This document shows, piece after piece, positions 1 to 12,391 of a DNA stretch of 64,000 nt; position 1 is the stretch's first letter, and each line of letters begins with the position of its first letter. Under the pieces are notes generated by a model. The model did no database searches. It saw only the letters and a list, made by a program, of their open reading frames with translations, and was not told the origin of the DNA. The position numbers and the translations under genes are program-made. Source of the stretch: Octopus bimaculoides (Eukaryota); assembly GCF_001194135.2 (NCBI RefSeq), contig NC_068990.1, positions 17,920,138 to 17,984,137 of the forward strand. Direction: 5' to 3'.

Positions 1-42
<42 letters not shown>
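1..42. repeat. (AT)n microsatellite
   Basis: Pure AT dinucleotide run at the window start. Similar runs at ~28003-28068, 28828-28880, 43617-43695 and at many gap edges. Confidence 0.95.
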
Positions 43-43
<1 letters not shown>

Positions 44-49
<6 letters not shown>

Positions 50-212
50 ACAGTCTTCTTTCAGTTTCTGTCTACCAAATCCACTCAAAAGGCTTAGGTC
101 GGCCCGAGGCTATATTAGAAGACACTTTGTCTAAGGTGTCATACAGTGGGACTGAACCTGGAACCATGTGGTTGGTAAGCAAGCTACTTACCACACAGCT
201 ACTCCTGCACCA
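44..212 (-). mobile_element. tRNA-headed SINE family S1, 5' half
   Basis: Reverse complement reads GCAGGAGTAGCTGTGTGGTAAG...GGTTCAGTCCC...; matches the full copies at 2596-2992 and 33027-33432. Confidence 0.85.
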
Positions 213-471
213 ATATATATAATATATATACAAGACAAGGCATAAATAATGGTTATAATGTATTTCTTTAATGTGGTAAATTTAACTTACAGGTGTTTCC
301 AGTTGTCATTATAGGCTTATTATTGATTGGTTTACTCAATCGGCCCATTAATCAGTTGAAAAAAATCTAAACGATATTGTTATCCTGATGTTCTAACAGA
401 GAACTTATGAAATATTTTACCTGGATTGATGATCCCTCACTAATAACTATATATATATATACATAGATACA

Positions 472-482
<11 letters not shown>

Positions 483-565
<83 letters not shown>
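483..565. repeat. (GA)n microsatellite
   Basis: Pure GA run; source of the spurious poly-ER ORF 471-713. Confidence 0.95.
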
Positions 566-569
<4 letters not shown>

Positions 570-1164
570 AGTCACATATATTATGATCTCCTTGGAAAAT
601 ATATAGGCCTCACTCTTTTATGCAGAATTTCAGCTATGTTGGTGCAAAACTGTAGTTTATTATTCACACACACATACACATCTCCAGTTTTATGTATTAA
701 GATAATGAGCTGACAGATCAATGTTCATTAAACGAGGACATACTAATTGCATTAAGAACTAGTCTGGAGAGCGAGAAATCAGTTTACAAACTGAATGTTT
801 TTGTTGACCTGTTCTCCTCTGCAAGGTAACCTTGCAGAAAAACAAAACAAAATATAGACAGAAAAACGAAACAAAACAAAATATAAAACAAAACAAAACA
901 AAGCAAAAAAACATCAGCATCTCCTAAAATCAACAACAACAAAAACTACAAGTAACAATATTTGTTTCAAACTGATAAGGGGTGATTTTATATTTGTTTA
1001 GGACCAATGCATCATGCCAGAAGGTTGATAGTCAGAAGACAGGCTAAATGTTATTGTTGCTGCTGATGTTTTGCTCCAGGTTAACTGCCCTGGTTATACA
1101 GATCTATGATGAAAAGCATTCTATCCAAGAACTACCTAGAACCAGTCTTTAATTCAGAGATTAA

Positions 1165-1730
1165 TATATAAATAATAATAATGATAATTAATTCGTTTTA
1201 TTGGCCGCAAGGGCTAATATCAATCAAAAACATGCAAGGACAAAAACAGGACGAAGGTTACATAGGGTTTTGTCCGAAAAGTAGAAAAACGTTTGTGTAA
1301 ACAGAGGTAAAAAACGGAGAAAGATATAACAAATAAAACTCCCAATAGGGGGAGGCGCTTCGAAAAAGAAAAGGTTACATGTGGAAAAACCCATAAAACC
1401 ACGGGAGCCTGGTCAGAAAAAATAAGAAAGGGGTATAGAGCCCTTTCTCTTTTTACATTACCTTTTTTTTTACAGGTGTATTCTCAGAATTGGTCCGTTT
1501 ATACTGGCCATTCTTCCAACAGTCACCCATCTTTCAACAAATTTGCTATGAAACAGCACTTTCCTCTCTACTCTCATCTTCCTTTTCAAGTGGAACTTGA
1601 AAAAGTTGATGAGGCCTTGGCCAAAGAGGAAAGTGTCTGACTTTAGCCCTTTCAAACGGGCCCACCATACCACCTCTTTCGCTACAAGTGCTCAAGTGCA
1701 GTACAACTCATCAGAAAAAATAACCAAAAT
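1165..1730 (-). mobile_element. L1/Tx1-clade LINE 3' fragment (ORF2 C-terminus, 3' UTR, AATAAA, (ATT)n tail)
   Basis: Minus-strand peptide VAKEVVWWARLKGLKSDTFLFGQGLINFFKFHLKRKMRVER...SKFVERW resembles Tx1-type ORF2 C-termini. AATAAAA precedes an ATT-repeat tail near 1165-1200. Confidence 0.7.
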
Positions 1731-2595
1731 TGCATGAACATAGAATAAGCACAGGAAGTAAATTGAATAAAGCTTAAAAAAAAAAAAAAACCCCTATAAA
1801 CTATTATATAACATGTTCTTTTTTTATTATTAAGGCGAAAGAAGGTGGTGAGCTGGCAGAATGATTAGCAAACCAGGTGAAATGTTCAGCAGCATTTCAT
1901 TTAATGAAACATAAACATTAAATGAAACATAAGTAGTGTATATTAACAGAAATATGGTAGCAAAAGGGTTAACCTTTTTTAGCTATCCACCTCTATGAGA
2001 CCACATCTATTTCTTTGATGTCAATTACCTGTTTTAAAATTATCTTATTTATCTTATTTAAAATCTTCCATTGACATTTCATGCTAATTTGATAAAATAC
2101 CAGTTCAATAATGACAAAGCTATTTTACAAGATTCTTCATAATTGAAAAATGTATTTCAACAGACATATAATAACAAAAGATTAAATAGCTATCCGGTAC
2201 AACAGCTATGGTTTATAGTATTGTCACAAAGTGTGCTACCATGCAGAACTTACTGCTATGGAATAAATATCATTCAAAAACACATAGTCTTTAAGCTGTA
2301 TCTTTACACAAAAGACAACTTAACATGGATTTGTTTTTGTTTATTTTCTGAATGTGTAATCTTAGATTCGAAAATTATATCATAATAGAGCAAATAATGA
2401 ATTATGATAAACAAAATTTATCAGACATGACTAGAAGTTTGTTTCACAACCACATGGTTTCAGGTTCAGTCCTACAGCACAGCACCTTGGGTAAATGTCT
2501 TTTACTATCGCTTTGGGCCAACCAAGCTTTGTGAATAAATTTGGTGAACAGAAACCATATGGAAGCCTATAATATATATACATAATATATATACA

Positions 2596-2992
2596 GGCAC
2601 AGGAGTGGCTGTGTGGTAAGTAGCTTGCTTACCAACCACATGGTTCCAGGTTCAATCTCACTGTGTAGCACCTTGGGTAAGTGTCTTCTACTATAGCATC
2701 GGGTCGACCAAAGCCTTGTGAGTGGATTTGGTAGACGGAAACTGAAAGAAGCCCATTGTATACATGTGTGTGTGTGTGTGTATTTGTGCATCTGTGTTTG
2801 TCCCCCACCACTTCATTTGACATCCGAAGTTGGTGTGTTTATGTCCCCGTAACTTAGCGGTTCAGCAAAAGTGACAGATAAAATAAATACTAGGCTTATA
2901 AAGAATAAATCCTGGGGTCAATTTGTTTGGCTAAAGGCAGCGCTCCAGCATGGCCACAGTCAAATGACAGAAACAAGTAAAAGAATTAAAAA
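2596..2992 (+). mobile_element. tRNA-headed SINE family S1, full length (partial tandem copy at ~2443-2570)
   Basis: A box TGGCTGTGTGG, B-box-like GGTTCAATCTC, CACCTTGGGTAAGTGTCTT core-like motif, internal (TG)n, 3' end GCTCCAGCATGGCCACAGTCAAATGACAGAAACAAGTAAAAGA. Confidence 0.9.
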
Positions 2993-3153
2993 ATATGTGT
3001 GTGTGTGATCATCATTATTTAATGCCTGTCTTTAATGCTGGTGTAGCTTGAATGGCTTGAAAGGATCTAAAGAGTCAAAGGACTACATTATGCTCAAATG
3101 TCTGCTTTGACATTGTTTCAAAAGCCAAACACTTTCTATACCAAACACTTTAA

Positions 3154-3425
3154 CCCATAAACTGCGATAGGCCACCTCAGTGGCCAATGGGACAGTGCGA
3201 CAGGCCACGTGCTTGGCCACAGAAGCAGGGCATGATTTGACCTAATTTTGATGACGTATAATGTATGCACACGATACCCTTTCACCCCAGAAACAGTGCA
3301 GCGAATAACAGAAGGTGTTAAGAAACACTGAGTATTTTTTTTGAGTGATGGATCGATGTTGACCTTTACCCAAAATAGGCTCAGCAGTTTGTGTTATATA
3401 CAGCAAAATCCCAGCAGTTTATGGG
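3154..3425. mobile_element. piggyBac-type MITE (272 bp)
   Basis: TTAA at 3150-3153 and 3426-3429; perfect 12-bp TIR CCCATAAACTGC / GCAGTTTATGGG. Confidence 0.85.
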
Positions 3426-4411
3426 TTAAAGAGTGTACTGGGCGTTTTTCGCAGCACCAGCAAGAGCAAGGTCAGTATATACCTCATAAGACGAAAACCT
3501 TCTTTGATTGAGTGGGACTTCAGCTGAGAGGGAAGCAGCTTTATGCTACTTGATTAAAGGAAGGAACCAGGGGTTCTCACTGTAGAGGAAATGTTTAACT
3601 CACATTAAAGAAGAGTAGATGGGAGTAATCAAAGTGAAGATAGAGAGATAAGGATAGTGGTGACAAGACGTCGGTGAGTTCTGGGGACACAACCCAAAAG
3701 AACAGGAAGGATGGGCAGGTGGGGTTTGTAAGAGTGTATGGGGAAAGTGAGAGATGGTTAGCGATGAAGTAGAGGTGGAGGATGACTATACTCGAATGAT
3801 GAACAAGTGTTGTGGTGTGGGGTGTCCTATGATAAATATGAATAGGATGGGAAGTAGGAGAGAGTAGATGATGATTAAAGGGTGAATGTAGTGGTTGGTG
3901 GAAAGGGGTGATCAATGATACATGTGACTTATGGGGAAGACAAGTGGGATGGGGGAAAGTAGGTGCTGACTGACAGTGCAGAAGTGGTGAAGGGTTACAA
4001 AATAATAATAATAATAGTAATAATAATACAGTAAACTTAAAAAGGATGGGAGAAAAGGAGGTAATGTGTGGTGGATAGGTTGCAAGAATATGAATGGTGA
4101 GAGAGAGAGAGAGAGATGTAGAATCTTGATTATGATGATGATGATATATATATCAACAGAGGAAAGTCCAATAAGAAGGAAGACGGAGGAAGAAAATCGC
4201 CAACGATTCCCATGTGGTTACATTTTGAAATGACCGGAAGGGAGTGGGTGAAGAAAAATTCTTTCTAAGACAGGAGCGTGTAAGAGAAGGCGGTATGTGT
4301 GGGTAAGTGCATGCACGTGAATCTGTGTGCATGTGTGTGTAATAGCATGTGTGCGTGTGCCTATGTATGTGTTATGTGTGTGGTGTTTGTGAGGTTATAT
4401 ATATATATATA

Positions 4412-4790
4412 TCATCATCATCATCATCGTTTAACGTCCGCTTTCCATGCTAGCATGGGTTGGACGATTTGACTGAGGACTGGTGAAACCGGATGGCAAC
4501 ACCAGGCTCCAATCTAATTTGGCAGAGTTTCTACAGCTGGATGCCCTTCCTAACGCCAACCACTCAGAGAGTGTAGTGGGTGCTTTTACGTGTCACCTGC
4601 ACGAAAACGGCCACACTCGAAATGGTGTCTTTTATGTGCCACCCGCACAAGCCAGTCCAGGGGCACTGGCAACGATCTCACTCGAAAATCCTACGGGAGC
4701 CAATCAGGCGGTACTGGCAACGGCCACGCTCAAAATGGTGCATCTCATGTGCCACCCGCACAAGAGCCAGTCCAGGGGCACTGGCAATAT
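4412..4790 (-). mobile_element. RTE-clade LINE 3' UTR / tail copy
   Basis: (CAT)n-CGTTTAACGTCCGCTTTCCATGC...CTGGATGCCCTTCCTAACGCCAACC; the same sequence follows the RTE ORF at 26726-27550. Confidence 0.85.
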
Positions 4791-4803
4791 ATATATACAC
4801 ATA

Positions 4804-5580
4804 CTAGATGAATGACCTGGCTTTGCTCAGGTTACTGCTGTTCTTATACAGATTAGTAAGCAATAGATATGAAGATATATTTTCTCTCATAATTATTTCA
4901 AAATATCTATATTTTATTAAAAAATATCTAAATTGAAATAGTAATAGAATTCAGAACTGAAAATCTGTCAATCTTGAAGCACCTCAGGGTAAATAGTATT
5001 CATTGTGCAATTTTTTATTGGCGTCCAAATGAATAAATTGTTCCTGCTTCCAACTTGTAGGCAACGAACACAGAGTTGGCCATAAGAGAAGCATGTAGTA
5101 GAGAGATGAAATCCAGCTACCTTGAGGGATTGACTCTGAGTCTGAGATTTGTTAATTGAAATACCAAAACTTAGTTTGACTAGAAACTGAAGCCTCTTAA
5201 ATTCAAATGGAACATCTGTAGGTATGAGAGGAATTTTTGGAATAAAGACATTTTCTCCTTTGTGACTACCTGTTATGATTGTTGCCTCTAGGACATGAGG
5301 CTTCATGGAAGTAACAATTAAGCGAGTTCCATTACACAGGCGAGGTGGGTCAAGATTCTTAAGCAACATAATGGGAGCATCCAGCTTTAGTGTCAAGTTA
5401 TGTGGTGGCATCCCAGTGGATTTAAGTGGGTTCAGAAATTCAACAGGATATTGAACAGCTTGCTCTTGATCCACTGTTGTGTGAATTGATAGAAAAGTAA
5501 TTTCTGATGCATCTGTTAATTTTGAATAAATTCATGATTGAGTTTATCAACCATTTCATTAGTTGGAGCCAGTGTAGCTC
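4804..5580 (-). mobile_element. Helitron 3' portion: PIF1-like helicase C-terminus plus 3' hairpin and CTAG terminus
   Basis: ORF 4968-5474 contains YPVEFLN..GMPPH.L.LK...IMLL.NLDPPRLCNGTRL...FKRLQF.VKLSF..SINKSQ...FSYGQL; upstream RATLAPTNEMVDKLN. Minus strand ends ACCTG-AGCAAAGC-CAGGT-CATTCAT-CTAG|T at 4804. Confidence 0.9.
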
Positions 5581-5705
5581 TATTATGTAGCCAGTTTACA
5601 CAGTGTAATTGACAATCACACATACACTCACATTGTCACATACGTATACTAAAACAGATACACACAGACATACATTCACACACACTTCAGGATAAACAAT
5701 ACTCA

Positions 5706-6062
5706 TTATATACTTGTCAGTCATCACATATGTATATGCATGTTTAGATGTGTGTGTGTTTAATTCTCTGAGGCCTAACATACATAATGAATGTGCAAAC
5801 ACACATACATTCACAGACACATGGTCATCTTCTCTGTATAATGGCCTGTTTCTCTCCATCTGTGTGTGTGTGTGTCTCTTTTTAGATGTGTGTGTGTGTG
5901 TATGTGAGTCATCACAAAAATGTATGCATACTCACACATACATACACTGTCTCATACACTCACACACATATACTTGTCAGTCATCACATATGTATATGTA
6001 TGTGTGTTTAATTCTCTGAGGCCTAATGTAGTCATGAATGCACAAACACACACACACTCACA
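5706..6062. repeat. Imperfect direct duplication (~100-bp unit at ~5706 and ~5968) among TG/CA low-complexity sequence
   Basis: TATACTTGTCAGTCATCACATATGTATATG...TTTAATTCTCTGAGGCCTAA occurs twice. Confidence 0.8.
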
Positions 6063-6688
6063 CATACTCATGTACAAAATGTGACATGGTGGTGGTGGTG
6101 GTGGTGGTATAAAATGTCCTTTACTATAGTTGATTATAGAAAGATCATTCTAGACGAAATGTTATATTGTTTTAATCTAAATGAAAATAAAAATTACATG
6201 TTGACACTCATGGAGTCTAATACTATCACCTTGTAAAATTTGATTTGATTTCCTAGAGCCATTTGAGAATGCATAGGAAACAGACAGACAGACAAAGAAT
6301 TTTATATATATATATATATACATAATATAAACCATTGTTTTAATGTCCACTTCCCCATTGGTTAGAATTCATTGACGGAGATTTTCTACGCTGGGTGCCT
6401 TTTCTGTCTGTTGCCAATCTTTACTGTTTCCAAGCATGATATTTCTCCCCATGGCTCTGTATGTTTCCATAGATTAGAAATGAACAACACCACTTCAATG
6501 ATAGTAACACACATTTACAATAATTATATTATATAGAGATAAGGAGACATGAACACACACATACACACACTCATATGATAGGCTTCTTTGAATTTCAGTC
6601 TACCAAAGATACTTGATTTTGTTTGGCTCTAGGCTATAGTAGAAGACACAATACATGTCTTTAAGTACTACTAATAGTTTTGTATGTT

Positions 6689-6998
6689 GAGAAACGCTCA
6701 GTGGTTAGGGCAGCAGACTCGCAGTCGGAGGATCGCAGTTTCGATTCCCAGACCAGGCGTTGGGTGTGTTTATTGAGCGAAAACACCTAAAGCTCCACAA
6801 GGCTCTGGCAGGGGGTGGTGGTGACCCCTGTTGTACTCTTTCGCTCCAACTTTCTCTCACTCTGTCTTCCTGTTTCTTGAGTAATGCCGCGATGGACTGG
6901 CGTCCCGTCCAGCTGGGGGGAACACTTGCGCCATAGAAACCGGGAAACCGGGCCCATGAGCCTGGCTAGGCTTTAAAAGGGTGCATAAATAAATAAAA
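6689..6998 (+). mobile_element. tRNA-derived SINE with V-domain-like core
   Basis: A box TCAGTGGTTAG, B box TTTCGATTCCC, GCGATGGACTGGCGTCCCGTCCAGCTGGGG resembling the V-SINE domain as I recall it, (TAAA)n tail. Confidence 0.7.
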
Positions 6999-7009
6999 AA
7001 TGTCTTTTG

Positions 7010-7325
7010 GTGACCCTGCTAGTCCTGGTGCCACTTAAAAAGCATCCACTCCACACTGTAAAGTGGTTGGCATTTGGAAGGATATCCAGCTGTAAAAACC
7101 ATGCCAAAACTGACCTTGCCTGTGCTGGTGTCAAGTAAAAAGCAGTCAACCCACTCTGTTAGGTGGTTGGTGTTAGGAAAGGCATCCAGCTGTAAAAAAA
7201 ACCATGCCAAAACAGACACAGAAGTATGGTAGCCAGCTCTTGACAAACCATCCAACCCATGCCAAAATGGAAGGAGGACATTAAAAACAATGATGATGAT
7301 GATGATGGTGATGATGATAATGATA
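7010..7325 (+). mobile_element. RTE 3' UTR/tail with internal ~110-bp duplication
   Basis: Two copies of GTGGTTGG..TTaGGAAgG..ATCCAGCTGTAAAAA CCATGCCAAAAC; ends in (GAT)n. Confidence 0.8.
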
Positions 7326-7944
7326 TATGATGATATACATATATATATATATATATATACATACAAACCACATAGCCAGACGTATATATTTTACGTACTT
7401 CTGCCTATACATACATACATACATACATGCATGCATGTGTTAACTTAATTGATTTGGCCCATATGTAGATGTATGTGTGCATGTTTTCCTAGTGAGTTAG
7501 CCTTCCTAATGAGTTAACCTTCACCCTAATTGTTGCCATAGTCACTGCATATGTAACAGTAACACTGTTGCTTGTTAAGTTAGTTAGGTTTAGGTAAATA
7601 TAACATTCCTATAGAAACTAATGTTGTACATGCTGGTAATATTATCTTGCTAGTGAGAGGAAGGACAATGAACTGAAGTAAACATTACAATTGTTTGTTT
7701 AATTTATGGATAGCTCTTAGACCAGTATAGCAGCTTTGTTGTGCTGCATTTAATCAAGTCAAACACTATAACTTGCTTGAAAAAATGGGCAACGTTTCAA
7801 TACTCTTAACAGGACCAGGTCATAAAAATTGTTAGATCTCACACATCAAAAATGATGAGAATTATAAATTCTAACACATGCAGAATCTCAGTTTTAAGCC
7901 TTTAGCATTCAGATTACTCTGTCAAATGTAACTCTTATTTCTTT

Positions 7945-8235
7945 TATTGTTTTTCTTTTATTTGTTTCAGTCATTAGTCTGCGGCCATGCTGGAGCACTG
8001 CCTCGAAGAATTTTTAGTTGAATGTATTGACTGCAGCACTTATTTTTTTTTAAAGCGTAGTATTTATTCTATCAATCTCTTTTGCCAAACCATGAAGTTA
8101 CAGGGACGTAAACACACCAGCACTGTTTGTCAAGCAGTGGTGGAGAACACACACACACGCACACACACATGACGGGCTTCTTTGAATTTCAGTTTACCAA
8201 ATTTACTTGGCTTTATTTGGCCCGAGGCTATTGTA
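7945..8235 (-). mobile_element. SINE family S1 variant, truncated
   Basis: TGTTTCAGTCATTAGTCTGCGGCCATGCTGGAGCACTGCC is the reverse complement of the S1 3' end. Similar copies at ~30105-30440 and ~60372-60965. Confidence 0.8.
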
Positions 8236-8249
8236 AAGGATTGAATCAC

Positions 8250-8910
8250 TCAGAAGCAAAACTTAGGAGCATTATAAAAAGTGTGTCCAATAGAATATCT
8301 AGAATATCCTCTGATGGACTGATATCTCATGAGCACACAGAATACTACAACTCAGTACTAGCCAGAGCAGATTATAAGGTTAAAATATAATACATACAGG
8401 ATAATACATACAGGATAATACAACAGCAGATCTAAATGGAGTTAAATATGAAAATAAAGGAAAAACTAATAAGGACAGTCAAGGGAAAAAAGCAATTCAA
8501 GAATCAATGAATGGGATAGGAACTAAGATGGGAAAGTATAGGGACATATTAAGGGACATGGGGATGAAACCCAACATAATGAACACTAAAGTAAGGAAGC
8601 AAGGAGGGGGAAGAAAAATACAGATGGAAATACCAAACATAGGGTGGATATGAGAATAGATGGCACAAATAAATCAAATAGATACAACAAACAGAATGGA
8701 AAAATAGACAATGGTGAAATAATCTGGTCTAATCCAATATATGGATTGCAGATTAAGTCCAAAATTGGACATGAATTCTTCTCTGCAATTAGATAGATAT
8801 TTTTCTAGGTTGGGTAGGTACTGCATAATTTTTAACAGACACAAAATAAAATTAGCACACACAACCTTGCAGAACCTATAATATTATATGCATTAATTAA
8901 ATAACAAGGA
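8250..8910 (+). mobile_element. Penelope-like element, decayed RT-thumb/linker region
   Basis: LNHSEAKLRSIIKSVSNRISRISSD...YYNSVLARADYKVKI followed by EIIWSNPIY...KIGHEF...IFNRHKIK; resembles the PLE SNHP...RISRISS and IIWFNPPYS...IFNR..IK motifs. Confidence 0.7.
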
Positions 8911-9049
8911 ACTAAATGAAATAAAACTAGAGTATAGAAACAAAAGCACAGAAGGTGAAAATAGAAAATAAATAAAGAGATGAATAATAAATACTATGGA
9001 AAACAGAACATAAATGGTGTTAATACTCTATTGATGGAAAATTCAGCAT

Positions 9050-9310
9050 GTTTTCCATGCTGGCATTGATTGGACGGTTCAACTGGGGACTGGGAAGCCA
9101 GGAGGCTGCACCAGGCTCCAGTCTGATCTGGCAGTGTTTCTACAGCTGGATGCCCTTCCTAACGTCAACCCCTCCAAGAGTGTAGTGGGTGCTTTTTACA
9201 TACCACCGGCACAGGGGCCAGAGGGGGGGGGCTGGCATTGACCATGATCGGATGGTGCTTTTTACGTGCCACCAGCACAGGAGCCAGTCAGGGCGAGGGG
9301 GCTAGCATGA
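9050..9310 (-). mobile_element. RTE 3' UTR/tail copy
   Basis: TTTTCCATGCTGGCATTGATTGGACGG...CTGGATGCCCTTCCTAACGTCAACC. Further copies at ~16255-16490(+), 19958-20070(+), 21800-22030(-). Confidence 0.85.
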
Positions 9311-9692
9311 TTAAGTTATAGAACAAAGTTCTACAAATCTAATCATATTTGTCAAAAATGGAGGAGATAAAATGTTAAAAAGTTGTAAGATCACATACAA
9401 TCGCTTCATACAGATATAAATTCATTTTCAGAATTTACAAATATCAAAGTACTCATTAGTGCAGAAAAAATAAGAGCTTAAAAAAAAGCAGAGAAGTTGG
9501 ATTTATGAGTTTCATGTCCATTTGTTCCTATCTCTGTGTAATAGTAATGGGAGTCATGTCAATAATTAATAATTGACATGATGAGAGTTAAAATGTCTGC
9601 AAATGTTATCTATAGAGATAAATTACAAAACATTCACCTTGAATGGGTTAGACATGATCAAACTATTAAGACAAATACACACACATATAGAT

Positions 9693-9852
9693 GATAGGCT
9701 TCTTTCAGTTTCCATCTACCAGATCTACTCACAAGGATTTGGTTGGCCTGAGGTTAAAGTAGAGGACATTCACCCAAGGTATCATGCAGTGGCACTGAAA
9801 CCAGGACTATGTGGTTGGGAAGCAAACTTCTTACCACACAGCTACACCTATG
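9693..9852 (-). mobile_element. SINE family S1, 5' half
   Basis: GGCTTCTTTCAGTTTCCATCTACC...CTTACCACACAGC. Similar 5' halves at 15387-15545(+) and 29786-29940(-). Confidence 0.8.
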
Positions 9853-10369
9853 AAGAGCATTGTAGTTTGCTTGAAGTATTGTAGTACAGAAATAGAATAG
9901 TAAATGAAATGAGGAAAGTTTCTAATAATGCAGAGATGAAAGTTGAAAAACCTTCGTATATTTTGGGCACAAAGGTTCATCTTCAGAAGAGTAAAGTCAA
10001 AGAAATGGGTCTACATAGATTCTGCCATTTGGATAGCCAGATGAGCAGTGACCCTGTTTTAGTAAGGTGCTTGTAGAAGTAGCAGCAGCTCCCCAAATAG
10101 TGGTGTTATTGGTGCCATAGAGGTAACACTGGGGACAATGATGGTGAATGCTATGGTAGTAGTTGGTGGTCATAGTAATGTGGTAGTAGTTGGTGGTATA
10201 TTCCTTGTAGAAGTTGTTGACAAGGTGATGGCTGCCGAGAGCAACAGTCCTCATCACAGCAGGCAATGGTGGTGGTGGTGGTAGCTGTGGCGATGACAAA
10301 CATGATACTGGTAGGTAATAGTACCAATTACCATCAGTGATGAAGATGCTGGTTGTGGTTACCATGGTG

Positions 10370-11330
10370 TAAGGAGCAGTTGGTAATTTACAGGAGCCAC
10401 CAGTCCTACTCTGATCAACTATTGATCTTCCGGTTAAGTCATTGATATGGTGATTTCATATATTCGTTTTCATGGCCGTATAGAAGTGTCTACCTCTTTG
10501 GAGGTGTTACTGCCTTTGATTAAATGTTTGTGGAAAGAAGATGCATTGGTTGTTAGGTGTTCCTTCAGTTGGATGTGGAACGGTCAGACTGTATTACTAA
10601 TTTAATAGTCGTCACATTTAAGACACCGAATCTGGTACATCATGTATGTTTTCATAGACTTGCTTGTGCCATAGATAGAATAGTTTACCAGTGAGCAGGG
10701 CTGTTATTCCACTGGTGATCTCCTCGTTGGCAGGTGTCTATGCAGGGACAATCCTAAGTGGACTAGCAGGATATCAAAGTCTTCCTTGCAGATGATCTTT
10801 GGATGGTAAAGGTGGTTCCCTCATTAAAATGGAGAATCATAAGCTGGCTTTAGCCCTGATGGGGAGGGCTGACTTGTTATGGAAGAAGAGATCTTGGCAG
10901 ACTGCCTTTCAGTAGAACACCATATCAATTGTTCTCATCTGTGATGCTTAAACAAAAGTCAAACAAAGAGAGGGAACCATCATTGTTTGGGTGTGTTTGA
11001 TGTGCTGGTCCATATCATTGAAGGTTTCTAGTATTGTGGAGGTATCATGGGATGAAGTGAGCATGGGGATTCATCAACAAACTTGGTGAAGTCAGGTATG
11101 TTAGACAGGTCTAAGTAGGTAATAGCAAGCAGTCCTCAGAGGCTGGACCCCATAGGCAGGCCTGAACACTGTATGTATTGTCAAGGGAATGAAAGTGTTT
11201 GTTTGCAGGTATGACAGACAATAGTTAGTGGATATTGGAGGTGTTAAGTCTGAAACAGTAAATGTCTGAGGGTGACACATTCTGTCATCATGATGACTGT
11301 GGGGAGGGTAGAAACAGAAGTGTATTATCA
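10370..11330 (-). mobile_element. Penelope-like element, decayed RT plus GIY-YIG endonuclease
   Basis: Frameshifted minus-strand motifs GLPMGSSL*GLLAITYL (RT), DGSLSLFDF, DLFFHNKSALP, and MYQIRCLKCDDY*IS.TV*PFHIQLKEHLTTNASSFHKHLIK (GIY-YIG). Confidence 0.8.
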
Positions 11331-11355
11331 TTATTAATCCCTGTTATCACCATTA

Positions 11356-11535
11356 AGGTAACAAGCTGGGAGAATCCTTAGCATGCCAGGAAAAATTCTT
11401 AGCAGCATATCGTCTGTCTTAACATTCTGACTTCAAATTCCGTTGAGGTGAATTTTGCCTTTCATCTTTTGGGGGTTGATAAAATGAATACCAGTTGAAC
11501 ACTGGAGTCAATATAATCGATCACCCCCCCGCCAC
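11356..11535 (+). mobile_element. tRNA-headed SINE family S2
   Basis: AGCTGGGAGAATCCTTAGCATGCCAGG...TTCAAATTCC...GCCTTTCATCTTTTGGGGGTTGATAAAATGAATACCAG. Fragments also at 1843-1898 and 12115-12200. Confidence 0.8.
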
Positions 11536-12391
11536 AAAAAAACAAATTCAGCAAAAAGGATTATTATTATTGTTGTAAAATGAATTTCTCGGATATTGAA
11601 AACGTAAGTTTAAAAAATATTTGGAAAAAAAAAAAACCCCCTAAAAATGACGGATGAAAGGCAAAGTTAATTTCAGTGGGATTTGAACTCCTGCTATTCT
11701 AATAATGTTCTAACGTTGGTACTAGGTCATGGATGAGAACAACTCTCGTTAATTATATTTCCCTCTATAGTTTTTCAAGCGGCCCAACTAGATTTGAACC
11801 AAGGACATACAAGGTTGAAGTAAAGACCGCAAAACCTTTTCATTGTCATTATTCATCTTTCTCACTCCAGTTTATTGTCCTAACAATAAACAAAGTCTTA
11901 TGAACATTAATCAATTTCCGGATTATATATTTCTAATGGCTGATAACACAGAAAATTAGATATTATTCCAAAGTCTATCTTTTTAAAATGTTTTATCAGT
12001 TTTATACAATAAAGGAGGTTTAACAATATCTCTATCCCTCATTAAGTCAACAGTTTTTTTTACTTAATTTGTTTTCGAACGCGATCACAATGAATAACTG
12101 ACCATTCCGACTCATTTAAATCTTGCGTTCAAATCTCGCCAAGATCGACTTTGACTTTCATCCTTTTGGAATCAATAAAATAAAGTACCAGTCAAGTTCT
12201 GGGACCGATGGTAGTTAACATGCAGTTTAGGGGTTTAAATAAACGAATATAAATTTATCGGAAATGACAATGACATCCCATACTTTCGTAAAGAGAACTG
12301 GTGAAATCCCTTAACTTTATTTACAAAACTCCTTCGTTATGTCGCGTCCACATACATTTACTTGTATAGTATCTTCTAGAGAAATCTTAAG

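Noticed and set aside
471-713. ORFs with poly-ER, poly-YI, poly-CV, poly-HT or poly-V tracts (also 22764, 27940, 42581, 43522, 61941)
   Set aside because: Translations of di- and trinucleotide microsatellites; no domain content.
9945-9992. Hammerhead downstream of the 10.4-11.3-kb Penelope (CUGAAGA plus AACCUU/AAGGUU stem)
   Set aside because: GAAA and the cleavage-site half are missing; at best a dead remnant.
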